In this document: positions 1 to 14,544 of the stretch, in pieces
How positions within the stretch are numbered: the stretch's first letter is position 1
Layout of the letters: each line of letters starts with the position of its first letter
Assembly: GCA_951406725.2 (NCBI GenBank)
Contig: OX597834.1
Location: forward strand, 43,400,001-43,464,000
Length of the DNA: 64,000 nucleotides
Direction: 5' to 3'
Source: Octopus vulgaris
Lineage: Eukaryota
Position numbers and translations under genes: made by a program
Notes under the pieces: generated by a model
The model's database searches: none
Told to the model about the DNA's origin: nothing
What the model saw: only the letters and a program-made list of their open reading frames with translations

Positions 1-149
1 ATTCCGCCGAGGTCGACCTTGCCTTTCGGGGTCGATAAATTAAGTACCAGTTACGCACTGGGGTCGATATATTCGACTTAATCCCTTTGTCTGTCCTTGT
101 TTGTCCTCTCTATGTTTAGCCCCTTGTGGGTAGTAAAGAAATAAGAAAC
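1..149 (+). mobile_element. SINE-A (tRNA-derived SINE), 5' end cut by window edge
   Basis: Matches other copies in the window: ccgaggtcgac..gcctttcggggtcgataaattaagtaccag body and tail gccccttgtgggtagtaaagaaata. Confidence 0.9.
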
Positions 150-1071
150 CCAATGACAGAACTCTGAGTGTTAACGTTTAGGAATGAAGAAAGAAAGAAA
201 ATAATAGTGGTGACGATGTGGCATCGTATCCAGGTGCGGTTAATATTTTACCTGTTAAATATGATGTCGTTCATGCAAAACCTCAATCGTTAAAGTCTCC
301 TCAAACACGAAACCAATGAGAAAAGACAGCCTCCCTTGTTGACGCATCTGCGAGAAACACTAACGACCACAGACAGACATTTAACTTCAGCGCTAAAACA
401 AAAAGGAAATGAAACGTAAATATTTAAAATATTTAACGTCATATTTCTGTAGCTAAATGTGTCCGTTTGTAATTCAGCTCTGTTGTATCTCGCCTCCCCT
501 TCTTCCTGTTCCTCTCTCACATCACCACTCACTCTCTTCTCCTCGCATTCTCTCCCTCCCAGCCAACGACACACCTTCTTTCCTCTCTCTTTCTCTCTCT
601 GTCTCTCCATCTCTCTGTCTCACATACACATACACACATACAAATTCACTCATTCTCACCTACGCACGCTCGTTTCTACCTACACACACAATTTTCTCAC
701 TCAGACACAGTTCTCTCGTTATTCACGCACACATTTTCTATCTCTCTCCCCCTGTCTGTCTGTCTGTCTATCTTTCTCTCTCTCTCTCTTTGTCTCTCGA
801 TATTTTTTCTTTCTTTTAACCTAATTTCCCATTCCACATCCCTTAATTCATCCTTTGTCATCGCCTTTTTCCCCTCCTATTTAACCCCGTCCATTTCTTA
901 GCAACTCTTCTCTCTTATATCTTAGTTTCTAGTCACAAAGCCAAGATGATTTCTTCGCAATTTTCGAGAATGAGCATTCGATTATTTCATTATCTGAACT
1001 ACATAGCCATTCAATTAGCCTGTACGTGGCTGAATATTCCAAAGAAACTTGTACATTTACACAATTCTAAG

Positions 1072-1363
1072 AAAGTCGATCTCGGCAGAATTTGATCACA
1101 GAATTTGAACGTGAAGACAGACGAAATACCAATTTCTTTATTACCCACAAGGGGCTAAACATAGAGGAGACAACCAAGGACAGACAAAGGTATTAAGTCG
1201 ATTACATCGTCCCCAGTGCGGAACTGGTACTTAATTTATCGACCCCGAAAAGATGAAAGGCAAAGTCAACCTCGGCGGAATTTGAACTCACAACGTAACG
1301 ACAGACGAAATACCTCTAAGCATTTCGCCCCGCGGGCTAACGTTTCTGCCAGCTCACCGCCTT
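1072..1363 (-). mobile_element. SINE-A full unit plus partial second unit
   Basis: Minus-strand head aaggcggtgagctggcagaaacgttagc with Pol III box A-like TGGCAGAAACG and box B-like GAGTTCAAATTCC. The tail joins a second unit at 1130/1131. Confidence 0.9.
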
Positions 1364-2112
1364 GTAAGAAAGATGTGTTGATTGAACTCTGGCACCGAGT
1401 AAGTTCAGCCGTGATAAATGCTTAAACAAAATTATAAATGCTTAAAGGAGAGCTGCCGTTGTTGTGATACTGTTTTAGATCCAGATCAACTGTTATCAAT
1501 TGAAGTTACAATCATTGGCATTCCAACAAGGAATTAATTCAGTCAATGCGTATTTAACAGTTTGAATCAAGCTACATTAAATCTTTCTTCTGGTTGTCGG
1601 GTTCTTTTAAACGCCAAGACCTAGCATTATAGAAATAGTAGCAACATGTCTCTAGAAATCACATCTTTTTTGAAAGGGATTAAACTCCCATGTATGGAAG
1701 GTCGATAGAGGAGCACATGTGGCACATTTTTCACCGATTTGGGCATCGTCGAAGTCACCTACGAAAATGCTGAAGACTAATTGTTGATTTTAATGGTTTG
1801 AATGCAAAGACATATTTCGCTGTCTATAAAAAAAAAAAGAGAAGAGAAAAAAACAACAACAGTAATGCGAATAATCGGAATAGCTAGGGATCGAACTAGA
1901 TTACTACAAGTTTAGAATAACTATATTTTGCAAGCTCGACAATTCGTACAACAAAACAGCTTAGATCAACAACATAATGTACATTAACCAACATCTAAAC
2001 TAATACATATATAATGCGTTAAGATAATAAATATATTAAAATGCACCAGTGTATATATAAAATTATATATGCATATATATATACATACATACACACACAC
2101 ACATACACACAC

Positions 2113-2160
<48 letters not shown>

Positions 2161-2470
2161 GAATGTATGTATATATATGAACATATATATATATATATAT
2201 GTATATATATATGAATATATATATGAATATATATATATATATACTGATATGCGATAATAGTGAGTATATGGGTACTCATGTGTGTGTATTAATGTTTCTC
2301 ATCGAAAAGTAATTTAATTTCCATATATTTATTATTGATGGATGTACTTATTTTACAAACAATTGCGTTTTAGTTTTATAATCGCTAAAAACATTACATA
2401 CTACTGACTCCATTAAAACAAACTGAGTGTATTCAAATATGCATAATTATATATATACATACACACATAT

Positions 2471-2537
<67 letters not shown>

Positions 2538-3070
2538 GGCTTACACACACAAGCACACATATATATATAGGCTTACACATACACGCACATATATATATAC
2601 AAATATATATATGCATTGTAATATCTTGCATACATTTACATTAATATTTATATGTATACATTAGCAGATATTTATGTGAGTGTATATGTCTGTAGGTGAA
2701 AGTGTGTGTGATTCTATATGCACCCACACGTACACACACACAAACACACGTCCTCACACACACACACGCTTATTTATACACACACGCTTATCTATACACA
2801 CACATATACACAGAGATTGTTAGATAAGTGTACATATAAATACATATATTTAGATATAGATTGGAATAATTATGTGTGTATACATTCCTGTATATACATA
2901 CATGTTTATGTATGTATATATTCATTTATTTTTACATATACATGCATATGTAGATGACTATATACATATATATATATAAGCACATATACACACACACACT
3001 TATATATATACAGACATATATACATTTATATATATGTGTGTTTATACATAGATATATACGTATTTATAAG

Positions 3071-3112
<42 letters not shown>

Positions 3113-3913
3113 ATTATATACACGTATACACACACGTATATATTCATAGTGGTTGAAGTTCACATCAAAGAAAAAGAACCTGCTTCAATCAATACCATTA
3201 CTATTTCATGTTCTATCTATGAGATCGAATTATGACCATTTTGGGAACGATGCCATTATCAATGATCAAATACCCCAGACAATCCATTACAATTAAATAT
3301 ATTCTTAAATCTACCGAAATAGATGGAACTAAAGAAGATAATGATAATATCATTGAATTCAATTCACCATTAATTCATTTGTATATTAAGACTGAATACT
3401 TCAATCATGAGATGAGAGAGTATGGAGAGAGAGTAATTCGGCAGTTGAACTTAGTTGTGATAACGTTAGTTGTGTTGTAGTAGCGCCCGCATTTACTACT
3501 GTGCAATGGTTGGAGGTGCCCCTCTATTTTAAGCATGGTAATCTAAAGCTTAGACTCAGATCAGTGGTGAGTAATTTAGGAAAAGTATATAGATAGAGCA
3601 GACATGTTGGACAAGTATATCGAAATGAAGAAGGAAGAAGTTGACAGAATTTCTAACTTGAATAATATAAATATCATTAATTGTTTTAAAATTTGAAACA
3701 AGGTCAGCAATTTCATAAGAAGAGTTAAGTCCATTACTTCGACCCCCGACCGTCAGCTAGCACTAGATAAATTTGAACTCAGTACGGAATGCCGCTATGC
3801 ATTTTGCATGGTGTGTTAACGATCATGCCAGCTCGCCAGTTTCTGTGGAAATATTAACAATGATTTCAAATTTAGCCAGTAATTTCGGGTGAGGGGATTC
3901 GTCGATTATATCC

Positions 3914-4176
3914 TTTGCTACTCTAGGCACAAGGCCCAAAACTTTTGGGGGAGTGAGCCAGTCGATTGGATCGCCACAAGTACGCAACTGTTACTCAATT
4001 TATCGACCCCGAAAGGATGAAAGGCAAAGTCGACCACGGCGGAATTTGAACTCAGTGCGTAAGACAGAAGAAATACTGCTAAGCATTTCGTCCAGCGTGC
4101 TAACGTTTCTTTTCTACTCTAGGCACAAGGCCCGAAATTTTTGGAGAGGAAGCCAGTCGATCAGATTGCCCCCAGT
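3914..4176 (-). mobile_element. SINE-A, alternative-tail subfamily (gggccttgtgcctagagtagaaa), tandem partial units
   Basis: SINE-A body at 3960-4110, with the tail repeated at 3914 and 4111. Confidence 0.85.
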
Positions 4177-4184
4177 AGGCAAAT

Positions 4185-4220
4185 GGTTTAACGTTTCGAG
4201 CAAAGCTCTTCATCAGAAAT
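4185..4220 (-). ncRNA. Minimal type I hammerhead ribozyme motif (Penelope-type)
   Basis: Minus strand reads UUU-CUGAUGA-A-GAGC-UUU-GCUC-GAAAC-GUU-AAA: intact core, 4-bp stem II, palindromic AACGUU stem III, 3-bp stem I. Confidence 0.7.
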
Positions 4221-4399
4221 AGAGGAAAGTCCAAAAGAAGGGAAGACGGTGGGAAAGAAATCGCCAACGATTCACATGTCTTTATTCAGTTTTATTTCAA
4301 GATTTTTTGTCAGTAGAGAAAAAATCGTTTTCTAACCTAGATCCAAGGCTCCTTCATTGGACTCTGAACATGAATACCAGGGTATTTTTGCATGTATAT

Positions 4400-4739
4400 T
4401 TCTATGTATGTATGTATGTATGTATGTATGTATGTATGTATGTATGTATATGTGCAGATTCGTGTGTTTTTTTATGTTTTTATTCTCATGCATACACTTG
4501 CATATCAAGACATGCTGATACATACTTATATGATAAACTTATATATATATGTATATATATATACATATATATATATATACATATACATATATATATGCAT
4601 ATATATATATACACATATATATACATATATATATACATACATATATATGTACATGCATATATATATACACACATATATATACATGCATATATATATACAT
4701 ATGTATATGTATACATATATACATATATATATACATATG

Positions 4740-4771
<32 letters not shown>

Positions 4772-5337
4772 CATACGCACACAGTAATATTTGTGTTTGT
4801 GTACACGTATATATATATTAGTGTGTAATTTTGTGCGCGCGTTTACAAACGTCGTATTCAATTGATATACACACATGCGCACAGGTAGTGTACACGATTT
4901 TTCGTACTTAGTTCAACATCAGATAACATTTATTTCACATATGACACTGGAAACGACATACATATTGCACACACACATTGCCTAAAATACATATATGCGC
5001 GTGTACGTGTGTGTGTACGTACGTATGTATGTATGTATGTAAGTATGTATGTATGTATGCATGTATGTATGTGTGTATGTATGTATGTATGTATGTATGT
5101 AAAATGTCAATGCTATATAGAGATCATACGTTACGTACACAAATACAAAATCGTACACACGCACTCACACATACATACATCTATACACACACGCATACAC
5201 ACACACTCATACACACACATATATGCATATAATACATATATAATTTTCCAATTAGCATGTCTCTCGTGCATATCTTTGTAATTGATTTGTCTGGCTATCT
5301 ATCTATCTATATGTCTATATAATATATCTATCCATCC

Positions 5338-5375
<38 letters not shown>

Positions 5376-5470
5376 GTATCTATCTATCTGTCTATCTATC
5401 TATCTATCTGTCTATCTATCCATCTATTTATCGACCTATTTATCTACCCATCCATCCATCTATCTCTCTG

Positions 5471-5519
<49 letters not shown>

Positions 5520-5520
5520 A

Positions 5521-5568
<48 letters not shown>

Positions 5569-5589
5569 TCTATCTATCTATCTATCTAC

Positions 5590-5666
<77 letters not shown>

Positions 5667-5732
5667 CCATATATCTATCTATCCATCTATTTATCTATCT
5701 ATTTATCTACCCATCCATCTATCTACCCATCC

Positions 5733-5791
<59 letters not shown>

Positions 5792-5810
5792 AGTCTATCT
5801 ATCTATCTAT
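4400..5810. repeat. Compound microsatellite field (TATG)n/(TA)n/(CA)n/(TATC)n
   Basis: Simple repeats visible directly; they explain the YI/LSIY ORFs. Confidence 0.95.
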
Positions 5811-6681
5811 CTCTCTGTTTTTCTGCCTTTCTATCTATCAGTCTGTCTGGCTGTTTGGTCGTCAATATATCTGTATGGCTGTCTGTTTGTCCTTGTCACA
5901 CTTCCCACCCATCTTTCGGTTCTAATACGAAGCCAACTCTACATCTCTCTCCACGCTCTACTCTTCTACACCACCCTACACATCTCAGCAATACCGCTTC
6001 TTTTCTTCAGAAATCACCCTCCCTTGTTTCTCTTGCTCTCTCTCCATTTCTCCATCATTCCATCTCTCCATCTCTTCATCTCTCCATCTCTCCATCTCTC
6101 TCTTTCCATCCAATGCTTTCAATAATTCTGTATAGGAATGATAAACGATCATTTGCATTGGTTCTGCTACAGTCAGCTCTATCATTTATTAACCGATATG
6201 TACCTCTTAGCTGACAAACAGGTGTTTAAATATATACACTATACTAATAGACTAGAGAGGATGTGTGAAAAACCTATCTCGTTATGTATTCAGCATGTAC
6301 TCTCATCTTTACTGAAGCCGGCTTCACTAATTACTCGATTACATTTCCATCCACTGCTAAAATATATTTGAGTGATTTTGTTTTTTCCTTTTAAGTTTAA
6401 TTTTAATTTTGTTTAATTTTAGTCTATTCATAATTAATTAACAAATATTTAGTTAACATCATTCCCACTTGGTTTATAGCTTGTGTGATGCATGTGTATG
6501 GTTCTTCTTGTATATACGTTTATGTGCATGTGTGTGTACGTATATGTCTGTGTGTGTGTGGGAGCATGTGTCACTATGTATTCGCGTGTCTTCGTACGTT
6601 TTATCGTCGGAAGATTCAAAGTAATTTTAAAATGCAAATCTAGTTATATAGCTTGAAAAAGCGTTAAAATCATGTTACAGA

Positions 6682-6730
<49 letters not shown>

Positions 6731-6794
6731 TACACGTCATTCACTCTTCCATATATTTGTGATATTTACCTGTTTACTGAGGAAATAAATGTGT

Positions 6795-7100
6795 GCATCT
6801 CAAGCACGTCGTCTTAGGTTCAATTCCCACTGCGCGGCATCTTAGGTGTTGATTTGGTAGACAGAAACTAAAAGTATACTGTCGTACATACATACATAAA
6901 CATAATCATATGCGTGTATGCGTTTGTGTTTGTACCCTCACCGCCTCACAACTGTGTTGGTGGTTTCTGTACGTTTTTGTCATCCATTTGTTTGGCAACA
7001 AGCCCGATACAATAAATGGTAGATTCGACTTGTTCCAATAAAAACCATCGATGTTGATCCCCCAGCAGGGCCACAGTTCAATAGCTGGAACAAATAAAAT
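6795..7100 (+). mobile_element. Diverged SINE-B
   Basis: ggttcaattcccactgcgcggcatctt..gatttggtagacagaaact..cagcagggccacagttcaatagctggaacaaataaa aligns by eye to the SINE-B at 60073-60484. Confidence 0.7.
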
Positions 7101-7126
7101 ATGAATAACTAGAGTATTAAACTAAG

Positions 7127-7412
7127 CTTGTTCCTTCTCAAGCCATGCCGGTTCCCCGGTTTCCTTGGCGTATAGGTTCCTCACCTGGACGGGACGCCGG
7201 TCCGTCGCAGGTTAGCTGCAAGATGCAGGAGGAAAGAGTGAGAGAAAGTTGTGGCGAAAGAGTCAGCAGAAGTTCGCCATTACCTTCTGCCGGAGTCGCA
7301 TGGAGCTTAGGTTTTTCTTTCATAAACACACACATCGCCCTGTCTGTGATTCGAGCGCACAATCCCCCGAGCGCGAGTCCGCTGCTCTAACCACTAGGCC
7401 AAGTGTCTCCAC
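7127..7412 (-). mobile_element. SINE-C variant (tRNA-like head, V-domain-like 3' part)
   Basis: Head gtggagacacttggcctagtggttagagcagcggactcgcg and body gcgacggaccggcgtcccgtccagg. Candidate TSD taaactaag at 7118-7126 and 7415-7423. Confidence 0.8.
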
Positions 7413-7434
7413 AATAAACTAAGTACCGAACATA

Positions 7435-7690
7435 GAGGTGCGTCTCTTAGTGGTTAGGATGTTGGAGTCGTGGCTGTAGAATTAAGGTTTCGATCCCTGC
7501 ACCTGGCAATCCGTTGGGTTCTTGAGCAAAACACTTCATTTCTCATTGCTCCAGTCCACCCAGCTGTAGAATACCAGTAGTGGAGGCGCATCGATTGGTG
7601 GTTACGATATTGGAGTCACGACGGTAGGGTTGTGGTTTCGATCCCTGGACTGGGTGATCTGTTTTGATCTTGAGCAAAACACTTCACGCC
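7435..7690 (+). mobile_element. Two tandem 5' halves of SINE-C2 (tRNA head plus CORE-like cttgagcaaaacacttca)
   Basis: gaggtgcgt..agtggttagg..ggtttcgatccct..cttgagcaaaacacttca occurs twice (about 7435 and 7580) and matches the reverse complement of 49779-50034. Confidence 0.75.
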
Positions 7691-7739
7691 AGGCTTTCTC
7701 GCCCTTCATACGCTGTATGGCTGCAGCACTCCAACGATC

Positions 7740-7990
7740 CCCAAGGGATTAAGAGACGTGTCATTTATCAGCATGAGGGGCAAACAATGAAATGGCGAAT
7801 GAAAGACAAGGTTGGCATCAGTGTAGGGAAAAAGAGAATACTGCATAGTTTCGGATGAAACAGAGAACCATGTCAAGGTCGTTGAATTCAGATGGATTTT
7901 GAGATGTGGGAAGAGAGGAGAAACTGACTGTAAATAAAGCAAATGAAAGGAATAAAGAAATGGATGTAGATGAATCAATACAGAGATAAG
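7740..7990 (-). pseudogene. Possible highly decayed LINE RT remnant
   Basis: Minus-strand peptides QSVSPLF, FNDL and YTDANLVFHS loosely resemble QGSVLSP/INDL/YADD in the right order but in mixed frames. Confidence 0.3.
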
Positions 7991-8415
7991 AGAAAGAGCA
8001 GTTCTGAGGTTATTAACGATCATGGTGACTAGTGCCATAATCATCTAGGTGGACTGGAAATAAACCGGTAGACTGAGGATAGAGATATAATTTAAAATTC
8101 ATCAAAATACATCCGAGAATAAACGGTTCCATTAATGCAAAATTAATAACAAACTCGAATGTCAAATTAAATGAAAGAGTGAAAGAAAGAAAAAAATGGT
8201 AGGTATCAAAATATATTTAAAAAACAAAAGGAATGGAAAAATTAACGAATGATCCCAATATATAGCGATTACGTTAATTATCTCCCATCAAACCATATTA
8301 ACTAGCGAGAATTATTGGACCATTAAATGAAGAACAATTGTGGGATTTAAATTGCATATAACAACACGTAGGTCAAGGAATTGGTAAGGCGTAACAAGTG
8401 GAGCTTAACGGAAGA

Positions 8416-8447
<32 letters not shown>

Positions 8448-8588
8448 CTATCATCGTCGTCGTCGTCGTCATCAACATCACCATCGTCGTCAACATCAGA
8501 ATCATCAACATCATCACCATCATTATCATCATCGTTTTCGTCGTCTTCTTAATCATCATCATCATCATCGTCGTAGTCGTCGTCCTCG

Positions 8589-8631
<43 letters not shown>

Positions 8632-8650
8632 AAGCATCGTCATCTTCACC
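8416..8650. repeat. (ATC)n/(GTC)n trinucleotide microsatellite
   Basis: Visible directly; yields poly-His/Ile/Met pseudo-ORFs. Confidence 0.95.
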
Positions 8651-9125
8651 ACCTTGCAAATAAATAATTATTGATGCATTAAATCGAGAAGGAACGCTAA
8701 TGAAAATTAACATTAACGAAAAAAAAAAAATTCGTTTAAAATGATATTCTACAAATTTAGTTAAGGTCGATAATCTTCAGTTAATGATATGAAATCAATC
8801 AATAAAATTAAAGGATTAAGAAAGTAAAAGATTAAAACAAAGTTACAAAAGTAATACAAATTCTAAACGTTTTTAGATTTTTAAAAATGAATGTCTTCAC
8901 AAAGTGTTAAACGGAAAAACGTATTATAAACGTAATTCCAAATTTTAATTTAAATTTTTATTAATGAAAAAAATTCTACAACATACAATTTGCTTGGTAA
9001 TCAACGGCTGAGCCACAGGATCATTAAAACTTGTAAATTAAGGATGGTAAGTTAATTGTAGCAGCAATAAGAATAATATAGCGAACAGTTATTATTTTTT
9101 TTTTTTTGTATTATTAAGTTAATAG

Positions 9126-9313
9126 AAGGCGGTATTTCGTCTGCCGTTATGTTCTGAGTTCAAATTCTGCCGAGGTCTACTTTGCCTTTCAACTTTTCGG
9201 GGTCGATAAATTAAGTACCAGTTACGCACTGGGGTCGATGTAATCGACTTAATCCCTTTTTCTGTCCTTCCTCCCCTCCTGTGTTTAGCCCCTTGTGGGC
9301 AGTAATGAAATAA
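9126..9313 (+). mobile_element. SINE-A with internal head deletion
   Basis: aaggcgg is fused directly to tatttcgtctgccg (gcggt microhomology), followed by a full body and tail. Confidence 0.85.
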
Positions 9314-9342
9314 GTAGTGTCACATTTTGTATTTTTATACGT

Positions 9343-9376
<34 letters not shown>

Positions 9377-9453
9377 ATGTATATACATGTGTGTGTGAAT
9401 ATATGTATATACATATGTGTACATATATATATGTATATATGTATGTATATATA

Positions 9454-9760
9454 TCACGTGATCATGTGACCGACCAGCCCATCAGATGTTGTTACACATA
9501 GCTGGTCACAATGCGTTCGCATTGTTTTAGCCTTCGAATGACGCCACCCCGCTGGCTAAGCGAGCAGGCCAACAGAAGAAAGAGTGGGAAAAAGAGTGGT
9601 GAAAGAGTACAGCAGGGATCACCACTCCCTGCCAGAGCCTCGTGGAACTTTTTGGGTGTTTCCGCTTAATAAACACTCACAACGCCTGGTCTGGGAATCG
9701 AAACCGCGATCCTACGACCGCGAGTCCGCTGCCCTAACCACTGGGCCATTGCGCCTCCAC
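9454..9760 (-). mobile_element. SINE-C with alternative 3' tail
   Basis: Same head as 37937-38253 and 46525-46847 but a different tail ending ggtcggtcacatgatcacgtga. Confidence 0.85.
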
Positions 9761-9804
9761 AGGTACGTATATATATACATACATATTCTTTTATTCGCTT
9801 AAGG

Positions 9805-10112
9805 TTTTATATGTTTCAGTCATTTGACTGCGGTCATGCTGGAGCACCGCCTTTAGTCGATCAAATCGATCCCAAGACTTATTCTTTGTAAGTCTAGTAC
9901 TTAATCTGGCGGTCTCTTTTGCCTAACTGCTAGATTACATATATATATATATATGTACGACGGGTTTCTTTCAGTTTCCGCCTAACAAATCCACTCAAAA
10001 GTCTTTGGTCAATCCAACGCTATAGTAGAAGACACTTGCCGAAGGTGCCATGCAGTGCGACCGAACCCAGAACCATGTGGCTGGTAAGCAAGCTACTTAC
10101 CACACAGCCACT
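9805..10112 (-). mobile_element. SINE-B
   Basis: gtttcagtcatttgactgcggtcatgctggagcaccgcc ... agctacttaccacacagccac matches the other B copies. Confidence 0.85.
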
Positions 10113-10661
10113 AGAATCCACACGCAAGGATTTGATCAGCAGCCGAGCGTACTAGTAGGCCGTACTCCCCCGAGTGGTACCGAACCCGGAACGCTGTTGT
10201 TGGGAAATCAAACGTCCTACTACACCTCCACGTTCGTCCTCATGTAGCATCATTTAACTTAAAGTCTTACGCTTGCAACATTTCTAAGCATGTATGGGTG
10301 TGTGCATTAAACATAGATGCACACACACGCGTAGACACACACATGTACACATACACGGACACACGCACACACACGCACATGCACAAATATGAACTTATAT
10401 ACACGCGTTGCGTACTTATGTATGCGTTAAAGTGGCGTGTATATTGTAGTGGATCTGATAAGTTATGAACTGTCTAATATATATACCGCAATGGAAAATC
10501 AATGCCTGTTTTTCATGCCTTAACTAGGGCAACAGAGGAACTTGCTAATCTGCTATTATCTTTTATTTCACTGCTTTTGAAATAATTGTAAGTAATTGTT
10601 AGTTCTTGTGCAGAAAAAGTTGATATTTTAATCTCAACACATTTCTCATCTACACACAGAT

Positions 10662-10699
<38 letters not shown>

Positions 10700-10749
10700 C
10701 GCACGCACACACGCACGCACACACTCAAGCACACAAACTACATACGGGA

Positions 10750-11265
10750 AAGGCTGCGAGCTGGCAGAATCGTTAGCACGCTGAGCGAAATTCTTTGCGA
10801 TATTTCGTCTGTCTTAATGTTCTGAGTTCAAATTCGGCCGTGGTCGACTTTGCCTTCCATCCTTTCGGGGTCGATAAATTAAGTACCAGTTGGGTACTGG
10901 GGTCAATCTATTTGACTGGCCCCCTCCGCCAAATTTCGGGCCGTTTGTCTATATTAGAAACGTATATTTTCTGAGTTCCGATTCCGTCAAGGTTGACTTT
11001 ACCTTTCATCCTTTCGGGGTCGATAAGTTAATTACCACTTGCATACTAGGGTCGATCTAATCGACTGGGCCCCCTCCCCCAAAATTTCGGGTCGTGTGCC
11101 TAGAGTAAAAACGAATATGTTCTGAGTTCGAATTCCGCCGAGGTCGACTTTGCCTTTCATCCTTTCGGGGTCGATAAGTTAAGTACCAGTCTCTTACTGG
11201 GATCGATCTAATCGACTGGCCTCGTCTCCCCAAATTTCGGGCTTTGTGTCTTGAGTAGGAAAAAA
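10750..11265 (+). mobile_element. SINE-A (alternative tail) head-to-tail trimer
   Basis: One head followed by three ttctgagttc..cctttcatcctttcggggtcgataa..aaatttcggg units of about 150 bp. Confidence 0.9.
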
Positions 11266-12297
11266 CTATATACGGGGATATACAGTGATATACTTGTGTG
11301 TCCGTGTGTATGTATATCTATACGTAGGTAAGTGTGTGTATGTATGTATGTATGTATGTATGTATGTATGTATGTATGTATGTATGTATGTATGTATGCC
11401 TGGTTTGTGCTCATTTGTAAGCTCAACGTAGACGTACACAAATGCATACAATCAGAAATGCATACAATGCATTCGTGTCACGTCTTTGAGAACGCGTGGT
11501 GTACCTAAACACACGCACACACACACTCACACACACAGACACACTCACACACACACACATAAACAGACTATATACACTATATAAATAGATATAGGAGTGT
11601 ATAATTATACCCACGTACTTCCCGAGGGTTTACCTCGATTTTAGTGTGCCCAGTATTTCTCACAATAATTCGGTTGTCTCGAAGAAATAAAGTCGAGCAT
11701 CCATACCATTCACAGCGCAATCAATGGTCGAACCTCGTTATTGTAACACTAATCTCTTGACCACTCAGTCATTCACACACGGACAAATAAACATAAAAAC
11801 ACACAAATACACATACAAACACACAAACACACACTCACATATACACATAGACACAATCACATATACACACGTCTCGACACCCATATGTATACATACACAT
11901 AAACATTCTTACATACACACATATAATATTAATATAATACATATAGTGACTCAAGATCCGAAAGTTTCGTGTATTGGCACTTATCAAACTATATATGTGC
12001 GTATATATCTGTATGTATGTATGTATGTATGTATGTATGTATGTATTTATGTATATATGTTTGTTTGTATGTATGTATGGATACCGACATGAATAAACAT
12101 ATATACATATCTCGGAACGTTTCATCTCGTCGTCAGATGAAACTCCTGAGAGGCATTTGTTATCAATTGAAGCAAACGAAAGCTATTTGAATTAAAAATA
12201 ACACAATAACATAAAAGTAAGTTTAATTAATTAGATGTTGCTGCTGTTACTGCACTACAACAACAACAACAACGACTTCTAATACCACTATTATCAC

Positions 12298-12329
<32 letters not shown>

Positions 12330-12743
12330 ATACCAATACTAGAACTGCTGGCAGCAACTCACCCACCATCTTCATTTAGATTATTATTCCGTATTAACGA
12401 AGAAGAGTAATTAACTAGGATATTTCGCTGTCTTGCAGCAGCCATGTTTTATCAGTGGAAACTGCAGTGAAATTGGCGACAAGAATTTTTAATAATTGTC
12501 TGCGATGTGTTTAGCATCAAGCCATAAATTGCGATGATTAAAACGACGCATAATCACCATAAATGTTTTTAGCTTTTAGCTGTTGCAGATATTTCTCAGG
12601 AAATGAGAAATGAATATATTAATTTCTGTGAAGACTTGTCAATTCTCTAATTTAGAAGGAAGGTAGCAAAGTGTATGCGTTCGACGCTGCTTTGCCATTC
12701 AATATTATAAACTTTTCTACTGCTGAGTCACCATAGAAATTAG

Positions 12744-13380
12744 ACCTCCCTCTCCTCCTTCTCCTCCTTCTCCTCCTTCTCCTTCTTCTTCTTCTTCCTG
12801 TTCTTCTTCTTCTCCTCCTTCCTGTTCTTCTTCTTCTCTTCTCCTTCTCCTTCTTCTTCTTCTTCTTCTTCTTCTTCTTCTTCTCCTCCTTCCTGTTCTT
12901 CTTCTCCTCCTTCTTCTTCTCCTTCGTCTTCTTCGTCTTTTTCTTCTTCTTCTTCTTCTTCTTCTTCTTCTTCTTTGTCTTTTTCTTCTTCTTCTTCTTC
13001 TTCTTCTTTGTCTTTTTCTTCTTCTTCTTCTTCTTCTTCTTCTTCTTCTTCTCCTTCTTCTTCTTCTCCTTCTTGTTGTTGTTCTTCTTCTTCTTCTTCT
13101 TCTTCTTCTTCTTCTTTTCATTATTGAATTTCTTATCATCACCATCGTCCTCCTATACCTCACTACCATCATCATCATCATCATCATCATCATAAAGATG
13201 ACCTTAACCCTACTGCTCCTTCTCCTTCTCATTGTCATCACCCTCATCATCGTCATCATTGTCGTCATCTTCACCATTGTTGCTATCATCGCCATCATCA
13301 TTATCATTGTTACCACCATCACCATTCTCGTCATCATAATCGTCGTCGTCGTCGTCGTCATCATCATAATCATCATCATG
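12744..13380. repeat. (CTT)n followed by degenerate (ATC)n microsatellite
   Basis: Visible directly; source of the 220-aa poly-R/M pseudo-ORF. Confidence 0.95.
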
Positions 13381-14131
13381 TTGCCATTATTGTTTTACGG
13401 GGTTTCGTACAATTTCCAAACGGAGCTCTATGTGTCTTGCATATCACTTGTGTTTCTCTTGTTTTGTGCTGAGAGAATTCTTAATATAAGTAAAATAATT
13501 AAAATAATTCCAAGTTCTTTGTTTCTTATGCATCTGGCTGCATCATTTTGAAATCAAGGCACCAAATGTGGGGACCGTGTCTGTTATTAATTACTGTAAT
13601 ATTGTTATCTCCAATTTGCCATTCATTATGTTTAGATAATTAATTTCACCAAAGTTTTAAAATTATCAGTGAAGCTCAGTCCTCCGTAAATTTTTAAAGT
13701 CCCACCTATTCTGTTCAGTGAAACTGAAAATACTCTCAAGCGAAGGATATAGCTCTGGGAAGATACGGTATAACAAAGGAGATATGAGGAGTGGTGGGGG
13801 AAAGCTGTGGAGTTTGCTCGTTCCGTATGTCAACTGCTATCTGTAGAAAAAGTCAAATACCAACTAGTTTTCATAAGAAGGGAGATAAAAGAAGGTTTTA
13901 TGAAAGTATCGCTCCAGTATATTCACCAGACTATCAAAACATCTTCCAAGGAATCTAATGCTTTTACATTGGTTTTTTCTTGGGGCTGGCCAGATTGGAG
14001 CAATCTCGAGTATCAACAGCCGAAATTGCAAAGATAATCAGGAACTTGACTGAGGATAGAAAACTCCGAATGACCCGTCCTTGTTTTCTTTGTATCGTCT
14101 GTCTGGATGTTTTGCGCTCTTGTCCCATTTT

Positions 14132-14173
<42 letters not shown>

Positions 14174-14544
14174 GTGTATTTGTATATATATATAAGACGA
14201 CGACTCAGTTATCCACTATTATAACCAACACAAAATTTCAGAGAGAAACGTCTGCAAACTGAATGATATTAATGGAGAAATTGTCTCTATAGTGAATAGA
14301 GTTTGGATATCGCACATCAAAGAAGTAACAATATTTCATATTATATTTATTAACCTATTTTCCCCTTCTATCTTTAGAACAACGGTCATAGAATTCCCGA
14401 TGATTTGCAACCACTGCAAACACAAGACAAATATTTTCGTAATAAAATTTCAGTCCCTAATATGCTTGACTGCGTTGAACTCTGTCCAGTTTGGAAAATT
14501 GCAAAATTGCAATATTGCAAAATTTCACGAAGAACGGAATATTG

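Noticed and set aside
1650-1775. Possible minus-strand exon after ttttcgtag
   Set aside because: No recognisable protein similarity or convincing donor site.
8398-8667. His-rich ORF
   Set aside because: It is a translation of an (ATC)n microsatellite.
10750-11265. Regularly repeated units resembling a CRISPR array or satellite
   Set aside because: The units are SINE-A bodies of about 150 bp with no unique spacers, in a eukaryotic context.
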